Below, piece after piece: positions 19,005 through 28,520 of a DNA stretch of 64,000 nucleotides (position 1 is the stretch's first letter; each line of letters opens with the position of its first letter). The notes below the pieces were generated by a model that was not told where the DNA came from, searched no databases, and saw only the letters and a program-made list of their open reading frames with translations. The translations under genes were made by a program, and so were the position numbers. The DNA lies in assembly GCA_020445605.1 (NCBI GenBank), contig JAGRGH010000006.1, positions 69,465 to 133,464 on the forward strand, in the 5' to 3' direction. This DNA is from Chromatiales bacterium. Lineage in GTDB: Bacteria; Pseudomonadota; Gammaproteobacteria; JAGRGH01.

Positions 19005-20141
19005 ATGAAGAAACTCAGAATCATCACCGTGGTTGGCACCCGCCCGGAGATCATCCGGCTGTCACGCGTGATCGCCCTGCTGGATCGACATTGCGATCAT
19101 GTCCTCGTGCACACAGGGCAAAACTTCGACTACGAACTCAACCAGGTATTCTTTGACGATCTGGAGATTCGCAAGCCGGACTTCTTTCTGAACAGCACGG
19201 AAGGAAGCACGGGAGCGGCCAACACGATCGGCAACGTGATCACCGCCATCGACAGGGTTCTGGAGCAGGTCAAACCCGAGGCGATGCTGGTACTGGGCGA
19301 CACGAACAGTTGTCTGGCGGTCATACCGGCGAAGCGCCGCAAGGTCCCGATTTTCCACATGGAGGCCGGAAACCGCTGCTTCGATCAGCGCGTTCCGGAA
19401 GAAACCAACCGGCGCATCGTGGACCACACCGCGGATGTCAACCTGACCTACAGCTCGATCGCGCGGGAAAATCTGCTGCGCGAAGGGCTGCCAGCGGACC
19501 AGATCATCAGGACCGGCAGCCCGATGTACGAAGTGCTGCACCACTACATGCCGCGGATCACGGCATCCGACGCGCTCCGGCGCCTCGCCGTTGAGCGGCA
19601 CCAGTACTTCGTCGTGAGCGCGCACCGCGAGGAAAACGTCGATTCGGATCACGGTCTGGAGAAGCTGGCGAGCATCCTGAATGCGCTCGCCGACGACCAC
19701 GCCCTGCCGGTGCTGGTGTCAACACATCCGCGCACCCGCAGGCGCATCGACGAGGCCGGCGTGCAATTTCATGCGCAGGTGCGCCTGATGAAGCCACTGG
19801 GCTTTCTGGACTATGTTCAGCTCCAGATCCACGCGAGAGCAGTTCTGTCGGACAGCGGGACGATCAGCGAAGAGTCGTCGATCCTGAATTTTCCGGCATT
19901 GAACCTTCGAGAGGCACACGAGCGACCCGAAGCCATGGAGGAAGCCGCGGTCATGATGGTCGGGCTCGATGTCGATCGGGTACGCCAGGGCCTGTCCATT
20001 CTGGAAACCCAGCCGCGTGGCGACGGACGCGGGCTGCGACTGGTTGCCGACTACGGCATGCCGAACGTCAGCGAAAAGGTGTTGCGCATCGTGCACAGTT
20101 ACACCGACTACGTGAAGCGCGTGGTCTGGAGGAAATACTGA
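19005..20141 (+). CDS. non-hydrolysing UDP-sugar 2-epimerase (FnlC/Cap5G/WbjD-like)
   Basis: 378 aa; N-terminus MKKLRIITVVGTRPEIIRLS characteristic of the Cap5G/WbjD branch of the WecB family. Confidence 0.8.
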   Translation: MKKLRIITVVGTRPEIIRLSRVIALLDRHCDHVLVHTGQNFDYELNQVFFDDLEIRKPDFFLNSTEGSTGAANTIGNVITAIDRVLEQVKPEAMLVLGDTNSCLAVIPAKRRKVPIFHMEAGNRCFDQRVPEETNRRIVDHTADVNLTYSSIARENLLREGLPADQIIRTGSPMYEVLHHYMPRITASDALRRLAVERHQYFVVSAHREENVDSDHGLEKLASILNALADDHALPVLVSTHPRTRRRIDEAGVQFHAQVRLMKPLGFLDYVQLQIHARAVLSDSGTISEESSILNFPALNLREAHERPEAMEEAAVMMVGLDVDRVRQGLSILETQPRGDGRGLRLVADYGMPNVSEKVLRIVHSYTDYVKRVVWRKY

Positions 20142-20151
20142 GTCGGCTGCG

Positions 20152-21342
20152 ATGCGCATCGCGTTGATCGCCGACACCTACCCGCCGCTGCGCACCTCCG
20201 GTGCGGTGCAACTGCGCGACCTTTCCAGGGAACTGGTGCGACAAGGTCACGAAGCGACCGTCATGCTCCCGGCCCCGGGCCAATCCGCGCGCTGGACCGT
20301 CGAACACATCGATGGCGTCCGTGTCGTTCGGCTGCGGGCACCAAGAACCAAGGACATCGGCTACGTCCGCCGCACGCTGGCCGAATTCCGGATGCCGTTC
20401 GCGATGCTGCGAAGCCTGCGTGCCAGCCCTGTCGCAGATGAGCGCTGGGATGGGGTCGTGTGGTACGCACCATCGATCTTCCATGGCCCCATGGCGAGTG
20501 CGCTGAAGAAATCCAGCGGGTGCAAAGGCTACCTGATCATTCGCGATATCTTTCCGGAATGGGCGGTCGACATGGGTCTCATGGGGCGGGGGCTTCCCTA
20601 CCGGCTGCTGAGCACCGTAGCCCGCTACCAGTACTCGGTCGCCGACGTGATCGGCGTCCAGACGGCGGGCAACCGGCGCTATTTTGCAGACTGGATGCGC
20701 AGCCCGGGGCGAACACTGGAGGTTTTGCAGAACTGGCTGGACCAGCCAGCGCAGCTGCGCTGTCGCATCCGGATCGATGAAACCGCACTGGCCGGACGAA
20801 GGATCTTTGTATATGCGGGCAACATGGGCGTTGCGCAGGGGATGGACATCCTCGTCGATCTCGCGGAGCGGATGCGCCTGCGTCCGGACGTCGGATTCGT
20901 GTTCGTCGGCCGCGGCAGCGATGGCGCGCGCCTGAAACGCGTCTGCCGTGACCGGGATCTCGACAACGCCCTGTTCTTCGACGAAATCGACCCCGACGAG
21001 ATTCCCGACCTGTACCGACAGTGCAGCGCCGGCCTGGTCGCGCTGGACCCCCGCCACCGGTCGCACAACATCCCCGGGAAGTTCCTGACCTATATGCAAA
21101 GCGGACTTCCGGTGCTGGCCAGCCTCAATGCCGGAAACGACCTGGCTGAAGTCATCCGCACGGAGCAGGTCGGACAGGTCTGCGAGACCCATCGCATCGA
21201 CGATCTGCTTGCCTTTGCCGACCGGCTGCTCGAGCAGATCGAGACCGACGGGTCGCTACCGGACCGATGCCGGGCGCTGTTCGAGCGGGAGTTCTCGGTC
21301 ACCCGGGCCGCGGCACAGGTCGTTGCGGCTCTGTCGGCCTAG
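20152..21342 (+). CDS. glycosyltransferase family 4 (WbuB/WbjE-like aminosugar transferase)
   Basis: 396 aa; GT-B with EX7E-type C-terminal domain (IFVYAGNMGVAQG…FLTYMQSGLPVLAS). Confidence 0.75.
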   Translation: MRIALIADTYPPLRTSGAVQLRDLSRELVRQGHEATVMLPAPGQSARWTVEHIDGVRVVRLRAPRTKDIGYVRRTLAEFRMPFAMLRSLRASPVADERWDGVVWYAPSIFHGPMASALKKSSGCKGYLIIRDIFPEWAVDMGLMGRGLPYRLLSTVARYQYSVADVIGVQTAGNRRYFADWMRSPGRTLEVLQNWLDQPAQLRCRIRIDETALAGRRIFVYAGNMGVAQGMDILVDLAERMRLRPDVGFVFVGRGSDGARLKRVCRDRDLDNALFFDEIDPDEIPDLYRQCSAGLVALDPRHRSHNIPGKFLTYMQSGLPVLASLNAGNDLAEVIRTEQVGQVCETHRIDDLLAFADRLLEQIETDGSLPDRCRALFEREFSVTRAAAQVVAALSA

Positions 21343-21713
21343 TGTCCTGTCCCGCAGTGATCTGTCATTCCTGAGGGTTCCTACGGTTCGAGGGCAAGGC
21401 GCGTCGTGAAGGCGACGGTCATTCCATTGGCAAGCGGCGCAACACAGTCCTCGAACCGTAGAAGCCGTCCCTGCGGTCGCGGCGCCCGCACGGCTCCAGA
21501 ACGGCCCACAGGAAGGGCGAGGGCAAAAACTTCGCCGATATAATGACCAGTGCGACGCCGAACTCGCGAGACCCTTTTTCGGCCTGCCATTCCGGGTAAT
21601 ACTGCGTTGCAATGCCTGCGCGTCTGCCCGGCTCCGACTGGTTTCCCCGTTGATCCCGACCCAGCCATGCCTGCCGCCCGCACACACCAAAGCCCCCCAC
21701 TGTCCACTGCGCG

Positions 21714-22466
21714 ATGGCCGATCAATTTCTGATCGAGGCGCGCGGCGTGCGGCTGAGCCGCGCGGGCCGACGCATTCTCGACGGCGTGAGTCTGGCCGTG
21801 CCGCGGCGGCGCATCGTCACGGTGATCGGCCCGAACGGTGCGGGCAAGACCATGCTCGCGCGCGTGCTGCTCGGGCTGACGCCGCCCGACGCGGGCAAAG
21901 TACATCGCGCCGCGGGTGTGCGCATCGGCTACGTCCCCCAGCGGCTCACCGCCGAACCGCTGCTGCCGCTGACCGTCGCACGATTCCTGACCCTGACGAT
22001 GCGTGCCGATCGTGATACCTGTGTCGCCGCGCTCGCTCGCGTCGACGTCGACGATCTGATCGACGCCGACCTCTACCGCATCTCCGGCGGCGAACTGCAA
22101 CGCGTGCTGCTCGCCCGCGCGCTGCTCCGGCGCCCCGACCTGCTGGTGCTCGACGAACCGGCGCAGGGGGTCGATCTGACCGGACAGCTGGAGATGTACG
22201 AACTGATCGCCGCGCTGCGCGATGAACTCGGCTGTGGCGTGTTGCTGATCTCCCACGACCTGCATCTGGTCATGGCCAAGACCGACGAGGTCGTGTGCCT
22301 GAACTCGCATGTTTGCTGTACCGGACACCCGGAAGCCGTGAGCCGTCATCCGGAATATCTCGCGCTGTTTGGCGAGCCGGCGCCGGCCGCGCTGGCCGTC
22401 TACCGGCATCACCACGACCACCAGCACGACGTGCACGGACGCGTCGTGGAGGACGGCCATGACTGA
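21714..22466 (+). CDS. znuC: zinc ABC transporter ATP-binding protein
   Basis: Walker A GPNGAGKT, signature ISGGELQRV, Walker B LLVLDEP, His-rich C-terminal tail (HHHDHQHDVH). Confidence 0.85.
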   Translation: MADQFLIEARGVRLSRAGRRILDGVSLAVPRRRIVTVIGPNGAGKTMLARVLLGLTPPDAGKVHRAAGVRIGYVPQRLTAEPLLPLTVARFLTLTMRADRDTCVAALARVDVDDLIDADLYRISGGELQRVLLARALLRRPDLLVLDEPAQGVDLTGQLEMYELIAALRDELGCGVLLISHDLHLVMAKTDEVVCLNSHVCCTGHPEAVSRHPEYLALFGEPAPAALAVYRHHHDHQHDVHGRVVEDGHD

Positions 22467-23265
22467 GTTCTGGGTCTGGCCGCTGGCTGCCGCACTGACC
22501 GTCGCACTGGTCGCCGGGCCACTGGGCTGTTTCGTCGTCTGGCGCCGCATGGCCTATTTCGGCGACGCGCTGGCGCACTCCGCGCTGCTGGGCGTGACGT
22601 TGGGTTTTGCGATCGGGCTGGCGCCGACCGCGGGCGTCGCGCTGGTCATGATCGCCGTTGCCGCCCTGCTGGTGTGGCTGCAGGAACACACGGCGTTCGC
22701 CTCCGACACCCTGCTCGGCATCCTCGCGCATCTGGCGCTCGCGCTCGGCATCGTGCTGGCGAGTCGCGAGACCAACCTGCGCGTGGACCTGCTCGGCTAC
22801 CTGTTCGGCGATGTGCTCGCGGTCGGACCGGCCGACTTCGCAGGGATCGCCGCGATCACGATCACGGTGGGGATTGCGCTGGCGCTGGCCTGGCGCGGAC
22901 TGCTCGCGTCCGTCGTGCACGGCGAACTCGCCGCCGTAGAGGGTGTGCGCGTGGTGGCGCTGCGCTGGCTGTTCGTGATGCTGATCGCCGCGCTCGTGGC
23001 CGTGGCCATGCGGGTGGTCGGCATGTTGCTGATCACCGCGCTGCTGATTCTGCCCGGGTCGGCGGCGCGCGCGCTGGCGCGCACCCCGGAAGGCATGGCG
23101 CTGATTGCGGCCGGCGTCGGCGTGGTCTCGGTGCTGGGCGGGCTTGCCGCCTCCTTCGCGTTCGACTGGCCCAGCGGACCGACGATCGTGCTCGCGGCCG
23201 GCGTCGTGTTCGTTGTCATGCAGCTTGCCGGCGCCCTGCGTTCACGCGCCGCTCAGGGCTCATGA
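22459..23265 (+). CDS. znuB: zinc ABC transporter permease
   Basis: ATG 22459 overlaps znuC stop; ~268 aa, 8 TM, MTEFWVWPLAAAL… typical ZnuB N-terminus. Confidence 0.85.
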   Translation: MTEFWVWPLAAALTVALVAGPLGCFVVWRRMAYFGDALAHSALLGVTLGFAIGLAPTAGVALVMIAVAALLVWLQEHTAFASDTLLGILAHLALALGIVLASRETNLRVDLLGYLFGDVLAVGPADFAGIAAITITVGIALALAWRGLLASVVHGELAAVEGVRVVALRWLFVMLIAALVAVAMRVVGMLLITALLILPGSAARALARTPEGMALIAAGVGVVSVLGGLAASFAFDWPSGPTIVLAAGVVFVVMQLAGALRSRAAQGS

Positions 23266-24320
23266 ATCGTCACGCGGGCGCGCCCAACGACAGCGCACAC
23301 CCGGCGCTGCCCGCGCTTCTGCAATCGTCCGATGCGCTGCGCGCCGGATTCATCGACGGGCTGGAGCGGCTGCTGGCACGCGACAGCCTCGGCGCCCTGA
23401 TCCTCGTGCACGCGAACGCGGCGATCGACCCCGGGCTGTGGCCTGACTTTGAGCCGCGGCTCGCCGAACGTCGCGATGCAGCGCTGGCCGCGGAGGCCGC
23501 CGGTGCGGCATGGCCCGGGTCGGCCGATGATCGCGCCGTGTTCAGCACCCTGAGCAGGCAGGCCAGCGAATTCGCCGTCTGTCAGCGGACGCGCGAATGC
23601 GGTCCCTGGCGAATCTGCGTCAACCCCATGCGCGCCCTGCGCCCGGCCCGCGCGGCCGAACAGCCGGTCCATCAGCTGCGCGCGCCGTTCAACCCGGACG
23701 GCTTTCACTTCGCGCGGCCGTTTTTGCAACCGGAAATCCTCTGGCAGGGCGTTCTCGCGGGACGCGAAACGGGCCTGCTCTACAACAAGTTTCCGTTTGT
23801 ACCGCTGCATGGCCTGCTGGTGCCGACGCCCACGGCCGGACGCGAGCAGTTTCTGCGCGAAGACGATCTCGGCTGGCTGGTCACGCTTGCCGGCACGCTC
23901 GCCGTCCGCATTCCGGGATTCGGCATCGCCTATAACGCCTACGGCGCCTCGGCGTCGGTCAATCAGCTGCACTTGCAGACCTTCGCCAGCGACGCCGCGC
24001 TGGCCATTGAGTCGCCGACCTGGCGACACAACGGCGGTGCCGATGCGTATCCGGTTCGGGTAGAGACATTTGTCGACGCCGACACCGCATGGAGCGCCAT
24101 CGAGGCACTGCACGCGCGTGAGCGGCCCTACCATCTGGTGTTGCGGAACGCGCGGATTTATCTCATCGAACGCGCGTTCCAGGGCCGGTTCGAAGCGCCG
24201 GTGTGGAGCAGCGGACTGGCCTGGCACGAGTTTGCCGGCGGATTTACCACCGAGTCCGCAACCGCCTTTGCAGCGATGCAGCCCGCTGAACTCTACGAGG
24301 CGCTCGAGGCCGCGCGCTGA
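23262..24320 (+). CDS. hypothetical protein with GalT/Ap4A-phosphorylase (HIT-superfamily)-like motifs
   Basis: ATG overlaps znuB stop (ATGA); motif LLYNKFPFVPLHGLLVP and downstream NQLHLQ resemble the nucleotidyl-transferase/phosphorylase branch of the HIT superfamily; family call is tentative. Confidence 0.4.
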   Translation: MNRHAGAPNDSAHPALPALLQSSDALRAGFIDGLERLLARDSLGALILVHANAAIDPGLWPDFEPRLAERRDAALAAEAAGAAWPGSADDRAVFSTLSRQASEFAVCQRTRECGPWRICVNPMRALRPARAAEQPVHQLRAPFNPDGFHFARPFLQPEILWQGVLAGRETGLLYNKFPFVPLHGLLVPTPTAGREQFLREDDLGWLVTLAGTLAVRIPGFGIAYNAYGASASVNQLHLQTFASDAALAIESPTWRHNGGADAYPVRVETFVDADTAWSAIEALHARERPYHLVLRNARIYLIERAFQGRFEAPVWSSGLAWHEFAGGFTTESATAFAAMQPAELYEALEAAR

Positions 24321-24328
24321 AGCCGCTA

Positions 24329-25330
24329 TCAGGCCAGACCAAGCACGGCCAGGTCTTCCAGCCAGGCATCGAGCAGCACACGCTCGCCGGATTCGATCCA
24401 GCCGTTCGAGATCATGCCCTCGTAGGCGAGCCGAAGATTCCGGCCCATGCCGGCGGCCGAGCCGGAGAGCCGGAGTTCATCGAGCATCGCGCCGATTGCG
24501 GCGTTATGCAGATAGCCCGGGATCTCGTCGGCGAAGTCACGCATCAGGTCGTGTTCATTGCGCGCCTGCTCCACGGTCGCGGCATGAAACAGCACGCTCC
24601 AGTCACGCGCCCAGGCCAACCGCTGCGCGATGAATCCACGCCAGATATCCGTCATACGAAACGAACACAATGCCGGCAGGTACATGAGCGCAAACGCGTC
24701 GCGAAACCAGGTCGTGTTCTGCGAATTGAACGGACAGAAGGCGCGGTCACCGAGCGCAACCGGCGTCGCCTGTTCAAAACGCACCGGCAACGGCCGGGTC
24801 AGGCGATAGATCGCGTCAACGTCGGGATTGTCATCGGCTAGGCCCTGCTGGATCGGGCAGTCGAGCTCTGAGTCGGGTTCCGGATCCGGGACACCGGCAT
24901 TTACCGACGCAAGCGGCAGCCCGCGCGGCCAGATCGCGGCCTGAGTGAAATAGCGATACACATTGACCCAGCCAGCGCGGGCGACCCGACGCGCGCGCCG
25001 GCCGCGCGTGCGTGGCGCCCAGAACGCCGGCAGCGGAAGATTGTCGTCATCGGTCTCGATGATGCATTCGGCACCTTCGCGCATCGCCAGCAGATAGCCG
25101 ATGTTCTTGCGCGCGTAATGACGTTCCGGGCAGGCCAGCGCGGTCGCCAGCCCCGTTGCTCGCTGCCGTTCGAGATCGTAGTAGTCCGCGCCGTCGAGCC
25201 TGAAATCGGGCGGGCTCGATCGATCACCGATCACGATCATGTGGATGTCGTGCGCCCGGCAACCCGCGGCAAGCCGGCGCATGGCCTCATTGGGCGCGCC
25301 GATGGTCGTCACCACGAGTGCCGTTTTCAT
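24329..25330 (-). CDS. putative GT-A-like glycosyltransferase (DxD-type), hypothetical
   Basis: 333 aa; Rossmann-like start VVTTIG…, NIGYLLAMREGAECIIETDDDNLP (DxD); last gene of the minus-strand GT operon. Confidence 0.4.
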   Translation of the reverse strand: MKTALVVTTIGAPNEAMRRLAAGCRAHDIHMIVIGDRSSPPDFRLDGADYYDLERQRATGLATALACPERHYARKNIGYLLAMREGAECIIETDDDNLPLPAFWAPRTRGRRARRVARAGWVNVYRYFTQAAIWPRGLPLASVNAGVPDPEPDSELDCPIQQGLADDNPDVDAIYRLTRPLPVRFEQATPVALGDRAFCPFNSQNTTWFRDAFALMYLPALCSFRMTDIWRGFIAQRLAWARDWSVLFHAATVEQARNEHDLMRDFADEIPGYLHNAAIGAMLDELRLSGSAAGMGRNLRLAYEGMISNGWIESGERVLLDAWLEDLAVLGLA

Positions 25331-26061
25331 CTGCGAAGGGTCCTGCGCCGTGCGCGAAGGCGTTTCAGCCCGGCGAAGGCGTCCGCGAGCGCACTGCGGC
25401 CGATCGCGTGGCTCGGCGATCGGTAGTGAATCGGGACCTGCGTCCAGTTCAATTCGTGGGCGTGGGTACGAATCTCGGTCTGGAAAAACGGGCCACGCGA
25501 CTCGATGCCAGCGTCGAGAATCGCGCGCAGGGCGTCCGCCGTAAAAATTTCGAAGCCGCTGGTCATGTCCGTCATTTTCGTTCCGAGCATGCGGTTCGCT
25601 AGCCAGGTGCCGCCCTGGCTGACGATCCGACGCTTCAGGCTGCCATCGAAGCGCGCGCCCTCAAGCCCGAAGCGCACACCAAACGCGCAGTCATGGCCGT
25701 CGGCAAGGGCCTTGAAGAACGCCGGGATCGACCGCGGATCGTGGCTGAAACCGGCGTCCAGTTCGAGCAGCCAGTCGGCCCCCCAGGCGAGCGCCTCGCG
25801 ATATCCGCGCAGATAGGCATCCACAACACTTCGATTTTCCGGGGCCCAGACGACCTTGAGCCGCAGTTCGCCCGCAGCGATGTCCTGAAGCTGCTCCCCT
25901 GTTGTGTCCGTACTGACGCGATCGAGGATCACGAACCAGCGCAGTCGCGCGAACGGGAAGCGTTCACAGACCGCGAGCACCTCCGTAACGAATCGCTCGA
26001 CGGTCGCCGCCTCGTTGGCCATGGGCGTGACAATCGCGAGATCTACGTCGCGAACGGGCAT
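25327..26061 (-). CDS. glycosyltransferase family 2 (Dpm1-like polyprenyl-phosphate sugar transferase)
   Basis: ORF trimmed to MPVRDVDLAIVTPMANE; GT2 DxD region (LELDAGFSHDP), ~245 aa. Confidence 0.7.
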   Translation of the reverse strand: MPVRDVDLAIVTPMANEAATVERFVTEVLAVCERFPFARLRWFVILDRVSTDTTGEQLQDIAAGELRLKVVWAPENRSVVDAYLRGYREALAWGADWLLELDAGFSHDPRSIPAFFKALADGHDCAFGVRFGLEGARFDGSLKRRIVSQGGTWLANRMLGTKMTDMTSGFEIFTADALRAILDAGIESRGPFFQTEIRTHAHELNWTQVPIHYRSPSHAIGRSALADAFAGLKRLRARRRTLRR

Positions 26062-26221
26062 TTTCGGCGTGCGAGGCTGCTCCGGCGACATGCGCGGTCA
26101 ACTAGGCGCGCGTCGGGACACCCGCCCGTCGCGTGGAACAAGAGGCACCATCATGCGCCGGGAGGATACGCGAGGTGCGCGGCTCAGAGCGCGAACTGCC
26201 GCTGCCGCGATGCGATCGGCG

Positions 26222-27265
26222 TCAGTCCGCCGCGTCGGGCTGCGGGGCGGAATGGCCCGCCCAGAACCAACCGAACAGGGTGTAGCCGGTGAACACGCCA
26301 ATGAAGAGCCAGAACATCAATGCCTCGGACACCCCCGCGTAGTCGGCCGCCAAGCCCATGCCGGCGGTTGCGACCGCAAGCAGCGCCTCAAAGCCCAGCG
26401 CCCGACGCGGACCGAGCCGGTCGCGCAGCAGATGGTGCAGATGCCAGCGATCGGCCGAAAACGGTGAACGCCGCCGTAACAGGCGTCGCACGATCAGGCT
26501 GACCGTATCGATCAGCGGCACAGCCAGGATCCACAGCGCGGTCACCGGCGCAATCGCACGATCCTCACCTTGTGTCAGCGCCACTGCGAACCAGGCAAGC
26601 ACCAACCCGAGCAGCATGCTGCCGGCGTCACCCATGAATACGAGCGCAGGCCCGCGTGCACGCAGATTGAAGAACAGAAATGCCGCTACGACGGCCATCA
26701 GCAGACCCAAGGTCCAGGCGGACTGCGCGTGTCCGCCCAATGCCGCGGCCAGCGCGAGCGCACCCGCAGCGACAAGTGTCAGCGTTCCGGCCAGTCCGTC
26801 CATGCCGTCGCTCATGTTCAGCGCATTGATGACGCCGACGGTCGCGAACACGGTCAGCGGCACCGACCAGCCACCGAGCCACATGATCTCGTCAGGCGCA
26901 CCGAGATGGCCGAGGTTCGCAAGCGTGACCCCGGCCCCCAGTGTCATCACCAGTCCGGCGGCGGTCTGCGCGGCCAGGCGCAGGGTCGACCCGAGCTCAA
27001 GCCGGTCGTCGGCAACGCCGACAATGACTACGATTCCTCCCGCCGCAATCAGCCAGCCAGTTGTCGGACCACTCGCCAGCAGCGTAGCACCGACGATCAG
27101 CCCCATGAACATGCCGATTCCGCCGACCAGCGGCGTGGCCGCCGCGTGGTGTTTTCTTGCATCGGGGTGATCGACCAGCCCCCAGCGTCGGGCGCGGTGC
27201 CGCAGTTCTGCGATGGCGGCGGCGGTCACGAGGGCGGCAAGCAACAGTCCGATTGCATGGAGCAT
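26222..27265 (-). CDS. undecaprenyl-phosphate N-acetylhexosamine-1-phosphate transferase (WecA/WbpL-like initiating transferase)
   Basis: 347 aa, ~10 TM; MraY/WecA signatures NALNMSDGMDGLAGT and VFMGDAGSMLLG. Confidence 0.8.
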   Translation of the reverse strand: MLHAIGLLLAALVTAAAIAELRHRARRWGLVDHPDARKHHAAATPLVGGIGMFMGLIVGATLLASGPTTGWLIAAGGIVVIVGVADDRLELGSTLRLAAQTAAGLVMTLGAGVTLANLGHLGAPDEIMWLGGWSVPLTVFATVGVINALNMSDGMDGLAGTLTLVAAGALALAAALGGHAQSAWTLGLLMAVVAAFLFFNLRARGPALVFMGDAGSMLLGLVLAWFAVALTQGEDRAIAPVTALWILAVPLIDTVSLIVRRLLRRRSPFSADRWHLHHLLRDRLGPRRALGFEALLAVATAGMGLAADYAGVSEALMFWLFIGVFTGYTLFGWFWAGHSAPQPDAAD

Positions 27266-27326
27266 TCAGCGGTCCGGGAGTGGTCGCGCTGCAAGTATAG
27301 CGTTGTGGGTGGAATCGAGATTGCCG

Positions 27327-28520
27327 TCAGGCATGGCGCGATCCACCCTGCGCTGGACGTCCAGCGCATGCTTCGGCGATCGCATCGAGCGTGGCGCGCG
27401 CGATCGTCGGCCACTGATAGCGCTCGCGCACCAGCGCCGCGCCGGCGCGACCCATCGCGTTGGCCAGGCCGCCGTCACCCGCGATCTCGATCAGCGCCGC
27501 TGCAACCGCATCGATATCGAGTGGCACCACGCGGCCGGCCCCGGTCTCGGCCACCTCCGGAAAGTGACAGGCCTCGCTGACGACCACGGGCACGCCGCAG
27601 GCCAGCGCCTCGGTGATCGCCACCGAAAACCCCTCCTGCCGGCTCGGCAGGCAGAAACAGGCCGCATCCACAAGCACCTCGAATTTTTCGGCCCCGTATA
27701 TCGCGCCGACCAGATGCACCCGTCCGTCAATTCCGAGGTCGACAATCTGCCGCTCGAACGCGGCCCGTGCGCCGCCATCAGGACCGGCCACCACCAGCCG
27801 CAGGCGCGGGTGTACGGCCAGCGCCCTGGCAAAGGCAGGCGCAAGCAGATCAAGGCCCTTCTTGTAGTGCAGCCGCGAAAGAAACAGGACGAACGGATCG
27901 TCGCCCAGCTCAGAATGCTGCGCGCGAAACCGCCCGCGCGCGGGCAGCGGCTCGATCTCTTCCAGAAAGATGCCGTTGGGAATGACACGGACCGGGGACG
28001 ATAGGGAAAGCGGTGCAAAGCCACGCACTTCATCAGCATTCAGCGCGTGCAGAAATGCGGCGTGCTCGAGCATGGAACGATAGGACAACGCCAGCGCAAG
28101 CCGCTTCTTTGTGCGTTTCTGACGCAGACTCCACGGATCGAGCTGGCCGTGGGGCGCCACGGCATACGGAACGCCGGCCTGCGCGGCCAGCTTCGCGGTC
28201 ACGCGCAGGATGGGATCCCAGATTTCGTGGATATAGACGCAATCGCTATCGAGAATGTGTGGGGCGAGTCTGGCGCGCGCCTTGCGTGCCAGCAAACGCT
28301 CCATGCGTCCAGCCCCATCAACACGTTCAAGCGCGACGTGCTGGAGTCCGGGCACGGCCGCGCATTCGCGCTGGATACTTTCATCGGCCTCATCCGGCGC
28401 GTAAGCGATGACGCGCACCTCGTGCCCTAGCGATGCCTGTGCGGCAGCCAGGCGCACGCACACCTGCTGCGGTCCACCGCTGGCCGGATCCAGGCTCGCG
28501 GCAACATGGAGGATTTTCAC
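27327..28520 (-). CDS. glycosyltransferase family 4
   Basis: ORF 27327..28697 trimmed to GTG (VKILHVAASLD…) with ggag upstream; GT-B; EX7E region (FCLPSRQEGFSVAITEALACGVPVV); start position uncertain (alternative ATG 28610). Confidence 0.65.
   Translation of the reverse strand: MKILHVAASLDPASGGPQQVCVRLAAAQASLGHEVRVIAYAPDEADESIQRECAAVPGLQHVALERVDGAGRMERLLARKARARLAPHILDSDCVYIHEIWDPILRVTAKLAAQAGVPYAVAPHGQLDPWSLRQKRTKKRLALALSYRSMLEHAAFLHALNADEVRGFAPLSLSSPVRVIPNGIFLEEIEPLPARGRFRAQHSELGDDPFVLFLSRLHYKKGLDLLAPAFARALAVHPRLRLVVAGPDGGARAAFERQIVDLGIDGRVHLVGAIYGAEKFEVLVDAACFCLPSRQEGFSVAITEALACGVPVVVSEACHFPEVAETGAGRVVPLDIDAVAAALIEIAGDGGLANAMGRAGAALVRERYQWPTIARATLDAIAEACAGRPAQGGSRHA

Noticed and set aside
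21381-22550. 389-aa minus-strand ORF
   Set aside because: Antisense to znuC (clear ABC motifs on the plus strand).
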